The translations under genes and the position numbers were made by a program. DNA of 64,000 nucleotides. Source: Squalus acanthias (Eukaryota). Position 1 is the first letter of the stretch. The number at the start of each line of letters is the position of its first letter. Where the stretch lies: the NCBI GenBank assembly GCA_030390025.1, contig CM059432.1, positions 21,578,001 to 21,642,000 on the forward strand, in the 5' to 3' direction. Shown piece by piece: positions 63,480-64,000 of this stretch. Under the pieces are notes generated by a model, which had not been told where the DNA came from, searched no databases, and saw nothing but the letters and a program-made list of their open reading frames with translations.

Positions 63480-64000
63480 AGCACCGAACAGTGAGGAGGA
63501 TAGTGATAGACTTCAAGAAGACATAGACAGGCTGGTGAAATGGGCGGACACGGGGCAGATGAAATTTAATGCAGAAAAGTGTGAAGTAATACATTTTGGT
63601 AGAAGAATAAGGAGAGGTAATATAAACTAAAGGGTACAATCCTAAAGGGGGTGCATGAACAGAGAGACCTGGGGGTATATGTACACAAATCGTTGAAGGT
63701 GGCAGGGCAGGTTGAGAAAGCGGTTAGAAAAGTATATGGGATCCTGGGCTTCAAAATAGAGGCATAGGGCTGGATTTTGATACTGGGGCGGGTTGGGGTC
63801 GTGTCATCCGCATTTCATAGAAACTAGGAGCAGGAGTAGGCCATTCGGCCCATCGAGCCTGCTCCACCATTCAATACGATCATGGCTGATCATCCAAATC
63901 CAGTACCCTGTCCCTGCTTTCTCACACAGAATCCCCATCAAGCCTGCACCGACACATATCCCACCCTATCCCCGTAACCCCACGTATTTAATTCCCCCTA
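63480..64000. mobile_element. CR1 fragment (+) interrupted at 63767 by a Harbinger MITE left end, itself interrupted by a CR1 tail (~63817-63920, minus)
   Basis: LQEDIDRLVKWAD..KFNAEKCEV motif; ATA|GGGCTGGATTTTG as at 14095; runs off the window. Confidence 0.75.

Overview
Eukaryotic, repeat-dominated DNA with no host gene that I can identify. The repeat mix (CR1, a second CR1-group LINE, L2, RTE, Neptune-type Penelope elements, Deu-domain SINEs, many PIF/Harbinger elements) points to a vertebrate, most likely a cartilaginous fish (inference). Main contents: (1) a nearly intact 4.27-kb Harbinger transposon (37746-42010) with a DDE transposase and a convergent three-exon Myb/SANT + coiled-coil gene, plus deleted derivatives and MITEs whose 3-bp target duplications are not the canonical TAA/TTA; (2) a full-length CR1 LINE (20460-25007, minus) inside another Harbinger copy, whose intact ORF2 has no usable AUG and sits in the -1 frame behind a U_UUA_AAC slippery heptamer; (3) Penelope 3' ends with minimal hammerhead ribozymes, one hit by a MITE at its cleavage triplet; (4) a decayed full-length RTE; (5) several multi-level nested insertions. 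TIR/TSD and splice coordinates were read base by base; boundaries of decayed LINE/SINE fragments are approximate. Family names come from motif recognition, not database searches.
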